Assembly (NCBI GenBank): GCA_030700225.1
Contig: JAUYJT010000056.1
Span: forward strand, 663-64,662
Length of the DNA: 64,000 bases
Direction of reading: 5' to 3'
DNA from: Candidatus Nanopelagicales bacterium
GTDB lineage: Bacteria > Actinomycetota > Actinomycetes > S36-B12 > GCA-2699445
Part shown: piece by piece, positions 1-8,745 of the stretch
Position numbering within the stretch: position 1 is the stretch's first letter
How the letters are laid out: every line of letters begins with the position of its first letter
Position numbers and translations under genes: made by a program
The notes under the pieces: model-generated
What the model was told of the DNA's origin: nothing
What the model saw: only the letters and a program-made list of their open reading frames with translations
Database searches by the model: none

Positions 1-241
1 GGGATCAATCGGCGAGTGTAAGTAGGTCCTAGGTCTCCCGAGCCGCTGCGGGCACTCGTTTTCGGCAACGCCAATAGCTTGTAGTTCTAAGCGCGCCGGA
101 ATCGCCCGCCAACCCCGCCACGAGCGCGGAGCCACCCCCCGGCCGTTCCGTCAAACCGCGGCAGATGCATCTGCCGTCATGAGCTTCGTCGAGCGAACTG
201 AGGATTCCCGAGGGAGCCGCCCTCCCCTACGCGGCGTCCTG

Positions 242-889
242 TCAGCAGGCAAATGACCGGGAGAGTGCCCGGTACCTGCGCGTGCGAATCGGTCGAACAA
301 ACCAGCGCGCGAAGAACGGCACGGCTCGCCAGACAGTCGCCTGATCCGCGGGGCTCGCACCATCGCTCATCCAAGGCAGCAGGAGTCGGCCACACTCATG
401 CGCACTCGAGAACTTCCGGTACTCGCGCAGGTCCTTCTCCGTCAGGTACTTCCGCAGGATCTTCGTGGCGTCGCGCTCCTCATGCGCGGCGTGCCCGGAG
501 AAGGCAACAACCAAATCGTCGAGCCTGGCCAGGATCGCGTCTACGTCAGCGATGCGGCCGACTGCCAGCGCGGCGAACTCGTCATCCAAGCTCGCGATCG
601 GTTCAGCGAGGACGTTGTGCTCGGCAACCATGGCGTTGATGACAACTAGCTCCTCAGGCTTGCGCGACCTCTCCCTGACGACAGGCCACATGTACTTGTC
701 CTCGGCGGCTTGATGCGTCCTCAATTGACATGACACGAACTGCCACCTGGCCGCCGCTGAACACGCGCGCTCCCTATCGCCCTCCTTGATCTCCTTCAGG
801 CAGCTTCGAACGCGGACGAAGTCCCGCTTGCAGGCGGCGTGCATGAGCCGGTTCGTGGTCAGGTCCGCTGGCTTGTCGCTCATCACCAA
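242..889 (-). CDS. Hemerythrin/HHE-like cation-binding domain protein (tentative)
   Basis: 215-aa ORF with repeated His/Glu-containing helical segments (HQAAEDKY, AEHNVL, HAAHEERD). Family assignment is by pattern only. Confidence 0.45.
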   Translation of the reverse strand: MVMSDKPADLTTNRLMHAACKRDFVRVRSCLKEIKEGDRERACSAAARWQFVSCQLRTHQAAEDKYMWPVVRERSRKPEELVVINAMVAEHNVLAEPIASLDDEFAALAVGRIADVDAILARLDDLVVAFSGHAAHEERDATKILRKYLTEKDLREYRKFSSAHECGRLLLPWMSDGASPADQATVWRAVPFFARWFVRPIRTRRYRALSRSFAC

Positions 890-910
890 GCTCCTAAGCC
901 AGCGGGCATC

Positions 911-2197
911 TCAGCGGCTGGCCATCGGCACGTAGTCGCGAGCGCGCTCCCCCACATACACCTGACGCGGACGCCCGATCTTGGTTTCAGGATCGTTGAT
1001 CATCTCGCGCCACTGAGCGATCCATCCTGGTAGCCGACCCAAGGCGAACATCACCGGGAACATGCGGCACGGGAACCCCATCGCCTTGTAGATCAGGCCC
1101 GTGTAGAAGTCCACGTTCGGATAGAGCTTGCGGGACACGAAGTAGTCATCGGCCAAGGCCACCTCTTCCAGATGGAGCGCGATGTCCAGAAGCGGATCCT
1201 GCACCTTGAGGGCTTCAAGAACGTCGTGTGCCTTGTCCTTGATGATGGCCGCGCGCGGATCGTAGTTCCTGTACACGCGGTGCCCGAACCCCATCAGGCG
1301 GATCCCTTCCTCACGGCTCTTCACCTGCTCAATGAACTTGCTGGCTCCGACCCCGGACTGGTGAATCTGCTCCAGCATCTCCACGACCGCTTGGTTCGCA
1401 CCGCCGTGCAGGGGTCCAAACAGCGCGTTGATGCCCGCGGACACAGAGGCGAACAAGTTGGCGCGCGCGGACCCCACGAGCCTGACCGTCGAAGTCGAGC
1501 AGTTCTGCTCATGATCCGCGTGCAAGAGCAGCAGCAGATCCAGAGCCTCTACGACTACGGGATTCGCCTGGTAGTCCTCAGCGGGCACGCCGAATGTCAT
1601 TCGCAGCAAGTTGTGCACGTAGCCATACCGGTTGTCCGGATACAGGTACGGCTGGCCTACAGACTTCTTGTACGCGTACGCGGCGATCGTAGGCAGCTTC
1701 GCCAGTAGTCGGACCGTGGAGATCTCAACTTGCTCATCGTCGTCAGGATCAAGGGAATCTTCGTAGAAGGTCGACAGCGCGCTCACCGCGCTGGAGAGCA
1801 CAGGCATTGGATGCGCCTCCCGCGGGAATCCGTCGAACAGGCGCCGCAGATCCTCATGCAAGAGAGTGTGCCTATTGATCCGCTGCTGATACTCGGCCAT
1901 CTGACCGGCCGTCGGCAGCTCTCCGTAGATGAGTAGATACGCGACCTCGAGGTAGTTGGACTGCAGGGCCAACTGCTCGATGGGATAGCCGCGGTAGCGC
2001 AGGATTCCCTCGTCACCGTCGATGTAGGTGATCTTCGAACGGCACGATGCCGTGTTACCGAAGCCGATATCGAACGTCACGCCGCCGGTGGACTTCAGCA
2101 GCGACGAGATGTCGATCCCCGACGGCCCCTCCGACGGTGACACGACCGGCAGGTCCAAGTCCAGACCCGCATGGCGCAGACTCGCGATGTCGTTCAC
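911..2197 (-). CDS. gltA: Citrate synthase
   Basis: Contains the citrate synthase signature GFGHRVYRNYDPRA. ORF runs to 2275, but GTG at 2197 has GGAGAG upstream and avoids overlap with the upstream gene. Confidence 0.9.
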   Translation of the reverse strand: MNDIASLRHAGLDLDLPVVSPSEGPSGIDISSLLKSTGGVTFDIGFGNTASCRSKITYIDGDEGILRYRGYPIEQLALQSNYLEVAYLLIYGELPTAGQMAEYQQRINRHTLLHEDLRRLFDGFPREAHPMPVLSSAVSALSTFYEDSLDPDDDEQVEISTVRLLAKLPTIAAYAYKKSVGQPYLYPDNRYGYVHNLLRMTFGVPAEDYQANPVVVEALDLLLLLHADHEQNCSTSTVRLVGSARANLFASVSAGINALFGPLHGGANQAVVEMLEQIHQSGVGASKFIEQVKSREEGIRLMGFGHRVYRNYDPRAAIIKDKAHDVLEALKVQDPLLDIALHLEEVALADDYFVSRKLYPNVDFYTGLIYKAMGFPCRMFPVMFALGRLPGWIAQWREMINDPETKIGRPRQVYVGERARDYVPMASR

Positions 2198-2219
2198 GCA
2201 CGCTCTCCAACCATCGCCT

Positions 2220-2663
2220 TCACGCCGCTCCGGGTGGCAGATGGTCACTCGGTCCGCCCACGCCAAAGTACTCACGCGCTGCTCTTGTGTTGTTCAGCAC
2301 TAGGGCTACCGCGTTGAGCGCCAACACGGCACAACCGGTGCCATAGGCGAGCGAGAATAGAGCGAAGAACAGGTTGATGACCATCAGAATATTGGCCAGC
2401 ATCCACGACTGCGGATCTCCAGCGAGCTGCTGCCGGGCAACCCACAAGTAGATGAATCCAAGCAGCCCCGAAAGCATCGCTGCCAGAATCCAGTACCAGT
2501 CGCTGATCGGTGCCCCGTAGAACTCCTGGATTTCACCCGGCCGAATCGCCAGGACGGCATAGAGTCCTGCCGTGATGAACTGCAGGACAGCCCCCACTAC
2601 GAACAGGACGGCGACTCCCGTCACGGAGCCGGGTCGGCTGGGCACACGTAGCTGACTACTCAT
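2220..2663 (-). CDS. Small integral membrane protein, unknown function
   Basis: Four hydrophobic segments. ATG at 2663 forms an ATGA overlap with the stop of the upstream aminotransferase. Confidence 0.6.
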   Translation of the reverse strand: MSSQLRVPSRPGSVTGVAVLFVVGAVLQFITAGLYAVLAIRPGEIQEFYGAPISDWYWILAAMLSGLLGFIYLWVARQQLAGDPQSWMLANILMVINLFFALFSLAYGTGCAVLALNAVALVLNNTRAAREYFGVGGPSDHLPPGAA

Positions 2664-3793
2664 GGTTCGCATACTAGACGCTCGGGTGACCCTAATGCCC
2701 AACCCCAGGTGAGTTCCGCGATCCTCGCCGCGGCCTCGTCGACCTGAGAGTCACTGGCAGTCAGCGACAACCTGATGTGCCGCCCGCCCAGCGCGCCATA
2801 GAAGTCTCCAGGGGCGACGACGATCCCGGCGTCGGCAAGCCTGCCCACAGTCACGTCACAGGGTTCATCCAGGGACGCCCACACGAACAGCCCGGCTTGG
2901 TCATCATCAACGACGAACCCGCGCTGCCGCAGGGCAGCGGCTAGGACTTCGCGCCGACTCTGGAAGCGCTTCCTTGCCAGCGCGGCCAGGCTGTCGTCGG
3001 ACAGGGCGGCGGCCCCGGCGGCCTGCACAGGAGTCGGGACAAGCAACCCAAGATCGCGTCTGCGCTGAAGCAAGCGGCGAACCACGCCCTGGTCACCGCT
3101 GACGAATCCGCATCTGTACCCCGCCATCGAGTAGGTCTTGGACAACGAGTGGAGCGCTAGGACGTTGTCGAAGGAACCGCCGCTGACATCTGGATGCAGT
3201 ACCGAGTGCGGGCGATGCCCAGTCGGCGCCAGTTCTATGTAGCACTCATCGCTGACTAGCAGGCTGCCCCGGTCCCGCGCCCACTGGACCATCTTGTGCA
3301 GATGCTCAGGCGGGAGCACCTGTCCTGTCGGATTGGACGGGGTGTTCACCCACACGATCGACACCCTCGCGGGCCCCAGCGCCAGCAGGGAATCGGAGAC
3401 CACTACCCGACAGCTGGCAAGATCGGCGCCGACCCGGTACGTCGGATACGCCAGATGGGGAATCACAACAGTGTCGGCGGCTCCCAAGCCCAGCAGCGTG
3501 GGCAGCAGTGCGATCAGTTCCTTGCTCCCGATAGTCGGCACGACATCGCGTGGGTCTATCGCCGCGCCAATCCGTCGTGATGCCCAGCTCGCGAACGCCG
3601 ACCGCAGGTCATCGGTTCCGTGGGCGGTTGGATAGCCGGGAGCATCGCCAGCGTTGGAAAGGGCATCCCGGATCGGCGCTGGTGTTTCATCGACCGGCGT
3701 CCCTTGCCCGAGATCGATCACGGCTAGGCCCGATGCGATTGCCCTCGGGCGCACTTCCGCGATCCGTTCAACCACGTTCCTCGGGGGAACCAT
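2660..3793 (-). CDS. Class I/II pyridoxal-phosphate aminotransferase (succinyldiaminopimelate aminotransferase-like)
   Basis: PLP-lysine region SLSKTYSMAGYRCGF. ORF extends to 3820; ATG at 3793 lies just after the tyrA stop. Confidence 0.8.
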   Translation of the reverse strand: MVPPRNVVERIAEVRPRAIASGLAVIDLGQGTPVDETPAPIRDALSNAGDAPGYPTAHGTDDLRSAFASWASRRIGAAIDPRDVVPTIGSKELIALLPTLLGLGAADTVVIPHLAYPTYRVGADLASCRVVVSDSLLALGPARVSIVWVNTPSNPTGQVLPPEHLHKMVQWARDRGSLLVSDECYIELAPTGHRPHSVLHPDVSGGSFDNVLALHSLSKTYSMAGYRCGFVSGDQGVVRRLLQRRRDLGLLVPTPVQAAGAAALSDDSLAALARKRFQSRREVLAAALRQRGFVVDDDQAGLFVWASLDEPCDVTVGRLADAGIVVAPGDFYGALGGRHIRLSLTASDSQVDEAAARIAELTWGWALGSPERLVCEP

Positions 3794-3795
3794 GC

Positions 3796-4785
3796 TCACT
3801 GACCAGCCCGAGCCGACCACGTCGACGCCCAGGAGCCGGGCCCGTCACCGCGTAGATCCAGCATCACCGACCCCGTGTCAACCAGCCCGGCCATGTGAGC
3901 CCTGAGGTCAGCCGGGGAAGCGTGGCTGGCTGATTCCCCTGGGCTGCGCTCGAGCCGTTCGAGATCGAGCCGAGCCTCGTGAGCCGACTTCAGCCACTCC
4001 TGAAGCCCAGCGATGTCTCCATCATCTAGATACCGCGCCGCCCGCAGAAGTTCGGCACTTGCCAGGCGAGCCCGCTCGGCCGCGCACCGAGCGTTGGCGG
4101 CGACGAACTCCGCTGTGCGCGCTGGGGGTGAAGCGCACACCCGACTGATGTCGCGGAATGAGCCAGCCGCCAGCCGCAGCGCCAGTGTCCGGTGTGGTTC
4201 GGTGGCCGCCGCTCGCCCCAGCGCCCCGGCTAGAAGGTGAGGCAGATGCGACACCTCAGCGACGACAGCGTCATGTGTGGCCGCCGTGACCGGCACGGGA
4301 AACGCCCCGAAAGCCAGGACCGCCCTCAACACGACGATCAGCGCCTTCGGGTCAGTCAACTCGTCGATCACTACTGGCCACGCGGCTCCGACGAACAGGT
4401 CCGCGCTGCCCGCACCAACGCCGGAAAGCTGCGACCCGGCCATCGGGTGCGTCGCGACGAACGGGAACCGGCCACTGTCAGCGCGCCACACTTCGACAAT
4501 GGGCGACTTCGCCGAACCCAAATCCATCGTCGGAACCCGCGGCCCCGACTCCTGCAACCGGGCCAGGATCTGCGCGTTCACCCCCGTCGGCGCCGCCAGC
4601 ATCATCAGATCCACGCCGGACATCTCGTCGGTCGAAGCCACGGGCCTCACGCCGAACTTCAGCGCCTCATCCATGATCCGCGAGTCCAGATCCAGTCCCA
4701 GGACTTCAACCCCTTGGCCGGTCAGCGCCCGGGCGGCGGAGGAACCAATCAAGCCCAGGCCGCAGATGCCCACGACCCGCAACAT
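3796..4785 (-). CDS. tyrA: Prephenate dehydrogenase
   Basis: N-terminal Rossmann motif VVGICGLGLIGSS. ATG at 4785 is preceded by GGGGGGTCGGAG. Adjacent to pheA. Confidence 0.8.
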   Translation of the reverse strand: MLRVVGICGLGLIGSSAARALTGQGVEVLGLDLDSRIMDEALKFGVRPVASTDEMSGVDLMMLAAPTGVNAQILARLQESGPRVPTMDLGSAKSPIVEVWRADSGRFPFVATHPMAGSQLSGVGAGSADLFVGAAWPVVIDELTDPKALIVVLRAVLAFGAFPVPVTAATHDAVVAEVSHLPHLLAGALGRAAATEPHRTLALRLAAGSFRDISRVCASPPARTAEFVAANARCAAERARLASAELLRAARYLDDGDIAGLQEWLKSAHEARLDLERLERSPGESASHASPADLRAHMAGLVDTGSVMLDLRGDGPGSWASTWSARAGQ

Positions 4786-4799
4786 CTCCGACCCCCCGC

Positions 4800-5744
4800 T
4801 CACGGTGCCTTGTGCTCCAGCAGTGAATCGATCCACGAGTCCAGCGTGGCGGCCCCGACAGACCCTGGGGGCGGAAACTCTCCGATCCGGCCTTCGCTGA
4901 CAGCCGGATTGAGCGGGTAGCAGCCAAGGATCTTGACCTCGGCCGGAACTCGCGCGGCGCAGGCCAGAGCTTCGCGAATCCGCGAATCCGCGAGGTGCCC
5001 GCGTGCGGTTAGCAAGAAGCAGTACTCCCCCAGGCGAGTTCTCAACCGTCGGGAGCTGATCGAGGTCAGTGCGATGTCTCTGCTTGAGAAGCAGGCGAGG
5101 ATGTCCGCCAGGACGCCTGTGCGGTCCCCCACGGGCGTCACCACGACGGCCGTTGTGTCATGCCCAGTCGCAGGAGCTGGCTTACGCCTCAGAACGGCCA
5201 TGCGCGTGGCCACGCCGGAGTGGTCTTCCGCGACGCCGCGCAGAACAGCGAGCGCGTGCAAACGGCCAGCCTTCGCGGAAGCTATCGCCGCGACAGCCGG
5301 GTCGTCCTGACCGGCGACGCGAGCGCAGGCCTCCGAGACCGACTCGACTAGGGTCAGTTCCGCGCCAGAGGATTCGATGAACCGCCGGCACTGAGCCGCT
5401 GCGGCCTGGGTCGTGATCAGGCGCCGAACTCCCGCCGCACGGGCGCCGGCCAAGCCGACGACCACGTAGCTGATGGGCACGACGAGTTCTTCGTTTATGA
5501 AGCAAATGGATGACCGGAAGATCAACTCGTCGATAGTGCTCGACACGTCCCCCTCGACCGAACTCTCCAGCGGCACAATGCCAGCCGCGGCCTCTCCCGC
5601 TTCGACGCTGAAGATCACATCAGGCACGCTGGCACGCGGCGAGACCTCGCCAACCCACGGAACCGCCAACATGTCGACCGCGGAGTGCGTGAACGATCCC
5701 GGCGGGCCAAGGTAGGTCAGCAACTCCCCCGCACCATCAGTCAC
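4800..5744 (-). CDS. pheA: Prephenate dehydratase
   Basis: LTYLGPPGSFTHSA N-terminal motif and an ACT-like C-terminus. GTG at 5744 overlaps the ferredoxin stop; the longer Arg-rich extension was rejected. Confidence 0.85.
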   Translation of the reverse strand: MTDGAGELLTYLGPPGSFTHSAVDMLAVPWVGEVSPRASVPDVIFSVEAGEAAAGIVPLESSVEGDVSSTIDELIFRSSICFINEELVVPISYVVVGLAGARAAGVRRLITTQAAAAQCRRFIESSGAELTLVESVSEACARVAGQDDPAVAAIASAKAGRLHALAVLRGVAEDHSGVATRMAVLRRKPAPATGHDTTAVVVTPVGDRTGVLADILACFSSRDIALTSISSRRLRTRLGEYCFLLTARGHLADSRIREALACAARVPAEVKILGCYPLNPAVSEGRIGEFPPPGSVGAATLDSWIDSLLEHKAP

Positions 5745-6073
5745 TCGTCGTGTTCCTGCGGCGGCAGGGCAGTCACGAGAGGAACGTCCTTCTCCCATGG
5801 CCCATGCTTGGCCGCGCCGCCGAGGTCGGAATCGGGGATTCCTGTGAAGAACTCCGCGTTGGCGTCGGTGTATGGCGTGTACTCGTCCGGAACGTCGTCT
5901 TCGTAGAAGATCGCCTCCACGGGACATACCGGTTCGCAGGCGCCGCAGTCGACGCACTCATCAGGGTGGATGTAGAGCATGCGGTCGCCCTCATAGATGC
6001 AATCCACCGGACATTCATCCACGCAAGCCCTGTCCTTGAGGTCAACACAGGGCTGGGTGATGACGTAGGTCAT
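5741..6073 (-). CDS. fdxA: 7Fe ferredoxin
   Basis: MTYVITQPCVDLKDRACVDECPVDCIYEG and CVDCGACEPVCP cluster motifs. 110 aa from the internal ATG. Confidence 0.9.
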   Translation of the reverse strand: MTYVITQPCVDLKDRACVDECPVDCIYEGDRMLYIHPDECVDCGACEPVCPVEAIFYEDDVPDEYTPYTDANAEFFTGIPDSDLGGAAKHGPWEKDVPLVTALPPQEHDE

Positions 6074-6114
6074 CTGTCCTCCTCGCCAATTCTCGAACGC
6101 GGATTGGGCACCGC

Positions 6115-7161
6115 TTGGACCTAGTATCGTCAATTCCACCACGCCTTGTACAAGGGGGCACCGTGCCGTCATTCCCTGCCGCCAGGGGTTCTATCAACGC
6201 GTCGCCGTCAGACATCGGCCGTCGGCTCACCGTTCGCTATCGGGATGGCTTCGCGAAGCCGGAGCGTGAAGCCGCTGGAGTCCTTGACCGCTGGACCGGT
6301 GGACTCGCTGACGGGATCCTGCAGATCCGGAGCCGCGATGGCAGCGAACTGAGGATCCGGGCAGAGGACCTAGTCGCGGCCAAAGTCATCGAGCCTGAGA
6401 TCTCGGCATACGAACTCCAGTGGCTCGCCGAGCAGGCGTGGCCGCCGATGGAATCGCAGTCCCTCAACGGCTGGGAGCTCCGCGCATCTCAGGGAGCCAC
6501 CTGGCGAGCGAACAGCGTCCGCGTCGCGGGCAGGCCGCCGAAGTCGCTGGCTGACACGTTGCGCAAGGTCGAGCGGTGGTACGCCAAGTTCGACGTCACG
6601 CCCAAGCTGCAAGTCCCGGCGCCATCAGGACTCGACTCGGAACTGGACGAACTCGGCTGGACTGTCGCGCGGACGAGTCGAATGATGATCGCTTCGGTGT
6701 CGCACTTGGCTGCCACGGCTGGAGCCGCGCGCAGCCGGTCCGATCTGGACATCGAGGTCCGCGACGGCCAGAACCCGGAATGGATACGTCTGATCGCCAG
6801 CTATAGGCCAGAGGCCGCCCAGGAATTCGACCACATCATGGACGCGCCAGGTCCTGCCGCGTTCGTGTTCTGCCGAAACGCCGACGGAGTGCTGCTGGGA
6901 GCCGGGCGGGGCCTGGCCCTTGGCGACTGGGCGAGCATCACGAACATCGACACGCTCTCCCAGTCGAGGCGTGAGGGGATAGCGACAGCGATCTTGGCAC
7001 GCCTTGCCCAGTGGGCCGTGGAACAGAACGCCAAGAACTGGTTCCTGCAGGTGTCAGCCGACAACACCGCCGCCCGCGCCTTCTACGAGAAGCACGGGTT
7101 CGTCAAGCATCATCGATACCAATACCGCAGTCCGACCCAGTCTCAGCCCCCGGGGGAGTGA
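6115..7161 (+). CDS. GNAT family N-acetyltransferase
   Basis: C-terminal acetyl-CoA-binding-like region RREGIATAILARLAQWA followed by ARAFYEKHGF. Start codon uncertain. Confidence 0.7.
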   Translation: MDLVSSIPPRLVQGGTVPSFPAARGSINASPSDIGRRLTVRYRDGFAKPEREAAGVLDRWTGGLADGILQIRSRDGSELRIRAEDLVAAKVIEPEISAYELQWLAEQAWPPMESQSLNGWELRASQGATWRANSVRVAGRPPKSLADTLRKVERWYAKFDVTPKLQVPAPSGLDSELDELGWTVARTSRMMIASVSHLAATAGAARSRSDLDIEVRDGQNPEWIRLIASYRPEAAQEFDHIMDAPGPAAFVFCRNADGVLLGAGRGLALGDWASITNIDTLSQSRREGIATAILARLAQWAVEQNAKNWFLQVSADNTAARAFYEKHGFVKHHRYQYRSPTQSQPPGE

Positions 7162-7540
7162 CGGGCTCCGGACTCCGGTCCGCGGGTCTGATCCGGGCGG
7201 GAAGCGAAGCTGCCGCGGCCCCAAGCACTGCGCCGCCAAACAGGTAGACGACGGGCACGACGCCTTCGGCGATCACGACGTTCCCGCCCGGCAGCGGCAC
7301 CGCCAGCACCAGAGTCATCACTAGCCATCCAACGAACCAAGCCGCGGCCGGCGTGCGGGATTCCCAGCTGTGGACTAGCGCTCGCTGAGTCGCGCCCAAC
7401 GCGGCCAGAACCAGCACAAGTCCGACGGGGATCTGAACGCTCGCGACGTTGGCGCCGATCGCCTGGACGAACCCACCCAAGAGTCCGAGTGCCGCGCCTC
7501 CGAGGACCACCGGCAGCAACCACCAGCGGGACTCACTCAT
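7103..7540 (-). CDS. Conserved actinobacterial membrane protein downstream of mshB
   Basis: Four hydrophobic helices. ATGA overlap with the mshB stop. The 3-prime end overlaps the convergent GNAT gene by ~59 nt. Confidence 0.6.
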   Translation of the reverse strand: MSESRWWLLPVVLGGAALGLLGGFVQAIGANVASVQIPVGLVLVLAALGATQRALVHSWESRTPAAAWFVGWLVMTLVLAVPLPGGNVVIAEGVVPVVYLFGGAVLGAAAASLPARIRPADRSPEPVTPPGAETGSDCGIGIDDA

Positions 7541-8433
7541 AGGACTACGCCGCTGAACAAGTCATCTTCCGGCTGTCCGCTGGGGCCGTCCCCGCGCTGG
7601 CCCTTGGCTAGACGGAAGTGCTCAAAGGCGAACACTGGGGTGCCGACATTGTCCGCAAGCGCGAAGAAGCCGCTTCCCATGTTGATCTGGCTGGCGTGCG
7701 CGTGCAGGGCCGCGACCTTTCGGTCCATCACGCTCGAGACGTCGATGGACGCCCCGATCCAATCCGTGGGGCAGGCGAAGGGCAGATCGTCGGCATCCAA
7801 CGACGCGAAATCAGACTGGTCCCCCATGGCCCTGAGGGCCTCGATACCGGCGCGGACCATGTCGATTGGGAATGCCGTCCAGTAGATCTTGGGTACGTCC
7901 CAAGCCGGTCCGATGTCAGGCCGGTACGACGCGACCTGAGCCAGGGCCGCGGCATAGGTCGTGACGCGGTGGGCCTGGATGTGGTCCGGATGACCGTAGC
8001 CGCCGAAGTCGTCATATGTGACGAGCACGTGCGGCCGCGCGTCCCTGATCACCTCAACCAAGTCGGTCGCGGCCTCGCGCAGATCGGCCCGCCAGAAACT
8101 GTCCGGGTCCTCGTTCGACGGCTCGCCCATCATCCCCGAGTCGCGGTACTTGCCCGCACCGCCGAGGAACCGGAAATCCGTCACTCCCAGGGCTGACATC
8201 GAGGCCGCCAGCTCCGACATCCGGTGTTCCCCCAGCCCACCCTCGGCGCTTGAGCGCAGGTGTTGGATTCCGGGGAGCAGAATCTCGCCCTCTTCGCCGA
8301 GAGTGCAGGTCACCAGAGTGACGCTGCCCGTCCCAGCGGCATGCTTGGCCATCAGGCCACCTGTGGTGATGACCTCGTCGTCCGGATGCGCGTGCACAAC
8401 CATGAGTCGGCGTCCGTGTTCAGCCATTGACAC
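7537..8433 (-). CDS. mshB: GlcNAc-Ins deacetylase (LmbE family, MshB-like)
   Basis: VVHAHPDDEVITTGG zinc-binding motif and HPDH, typical of the LmbE/MshB family. Confidence 0.8.
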   Translation of the reverse strand: MSMAEHGRRLMVVHAHPDDEVITTGGLMAKHAAGTGSVTLVTCTLGEEGEILLPGIQHLRSSAEGGLGEHRMSELAASMSALGVTDFRFLGGAGKYRDSGMMGEPSNEDPDSFWRADLREAATDLVEVIRDARPHVLVTYDDFGGYGHPDHIQAHRVTTYAAALAQVASYRPDIGPAWDVPKIYWTAFPIDMVRAGIEALRAMGDQSDFASLDADDLPFACPTDWIGASIDVSSVMDRKVAALHAHASQINMGSGFFALADNVGTPVFAFEHFRLAKGQRGDGPSGQPEDDLFSGVVL

Positions 8434-8497
8434 ACACTAGAGCCTGCCCCTGACCCGCCCGTGGCCTGCCGGCGGCCTGCGGGCGGCCATGGCCTGC

Positions 8498-8604
8498 CCC
8501 CGCCTGACGAAGCGGCCGTTTCCGACAAACGCGACCGTTACGCAAAGAAACGCTCGTTGTAACGGGCGCGTCTGTACCCAAACGGGCGCGTTTGCGCGAA
8601 GCGG
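8498..8604 (+). repeat. Structured dispersed intergenic repeat, copy A
   Basis: Aligns by eye along its length with 56651-56757 (same orientation) and 34161-34264 (inverted). Contains CAAACGCGACCGTTA and near-complementary AACGGGCGCGTTTG arms. Confidence 0.8.
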
Positions 8605-8715
8605 CCGGTTCCGCGGGGGCGGGCGGGGCGGGCGGGGCGGGCGGGTAGGGCGCGCGGGTCGGGCGGGTCGGGCGGGCGGGGCGCGCGGGTAGGGCGCGCG
8701 GGTCGGGCGGGTCGG
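8605..8715 (+). repeat. G-run tandem tract (about 20 GGG/GGGG runs, ~44-bp higher-order period)
   Basis: GCGGGTAGGGCGCGCGGGTCGGGCGGGTCGGGC occurs twice (8631-8663 and 8674-8706), preceded by a GGGGCGGGC series. Confidence 0.85.
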
Positions 8716-8745
8716 GCACGGGGACGCGAGCAACGCCCCCCAGGT

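Noticed and set aside
159-176. Perfect 18-bp palindrome CGGCAGATGCATCTGCCG downstream of the hemerythrin-like gene
   Set aside because: It could be a terminator hairpin, but only a weak T-tract follows on the minus strand (CGGTTTGA) and the window edge is close, so it was not called.
4237-4920. 227-aa and 207-aa + strand ORFs
   Set aside because: They are antisense to tyrA/pheA and have no motifs, so I treat them as GC-rich shadow frames.
8489-8692. Apparent small protein family sharing NATVTQRN.RCNGRVCTQ (also 34138..34320 and 56614..56967)
   Set aside because: The similarity is at the nucleotide level, from the dispersed repeat. The copies occur in both orientations relative to their flanks, the ORF boundaries differ, and the ORFs extend into unrelated sequence.
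8605-8715. Possible CRISPR array
   Set aside because: The units are G-run microsatellite-like with no unique spacers of regular length, no repeat-spacer periodicity and no cas genes in the window.
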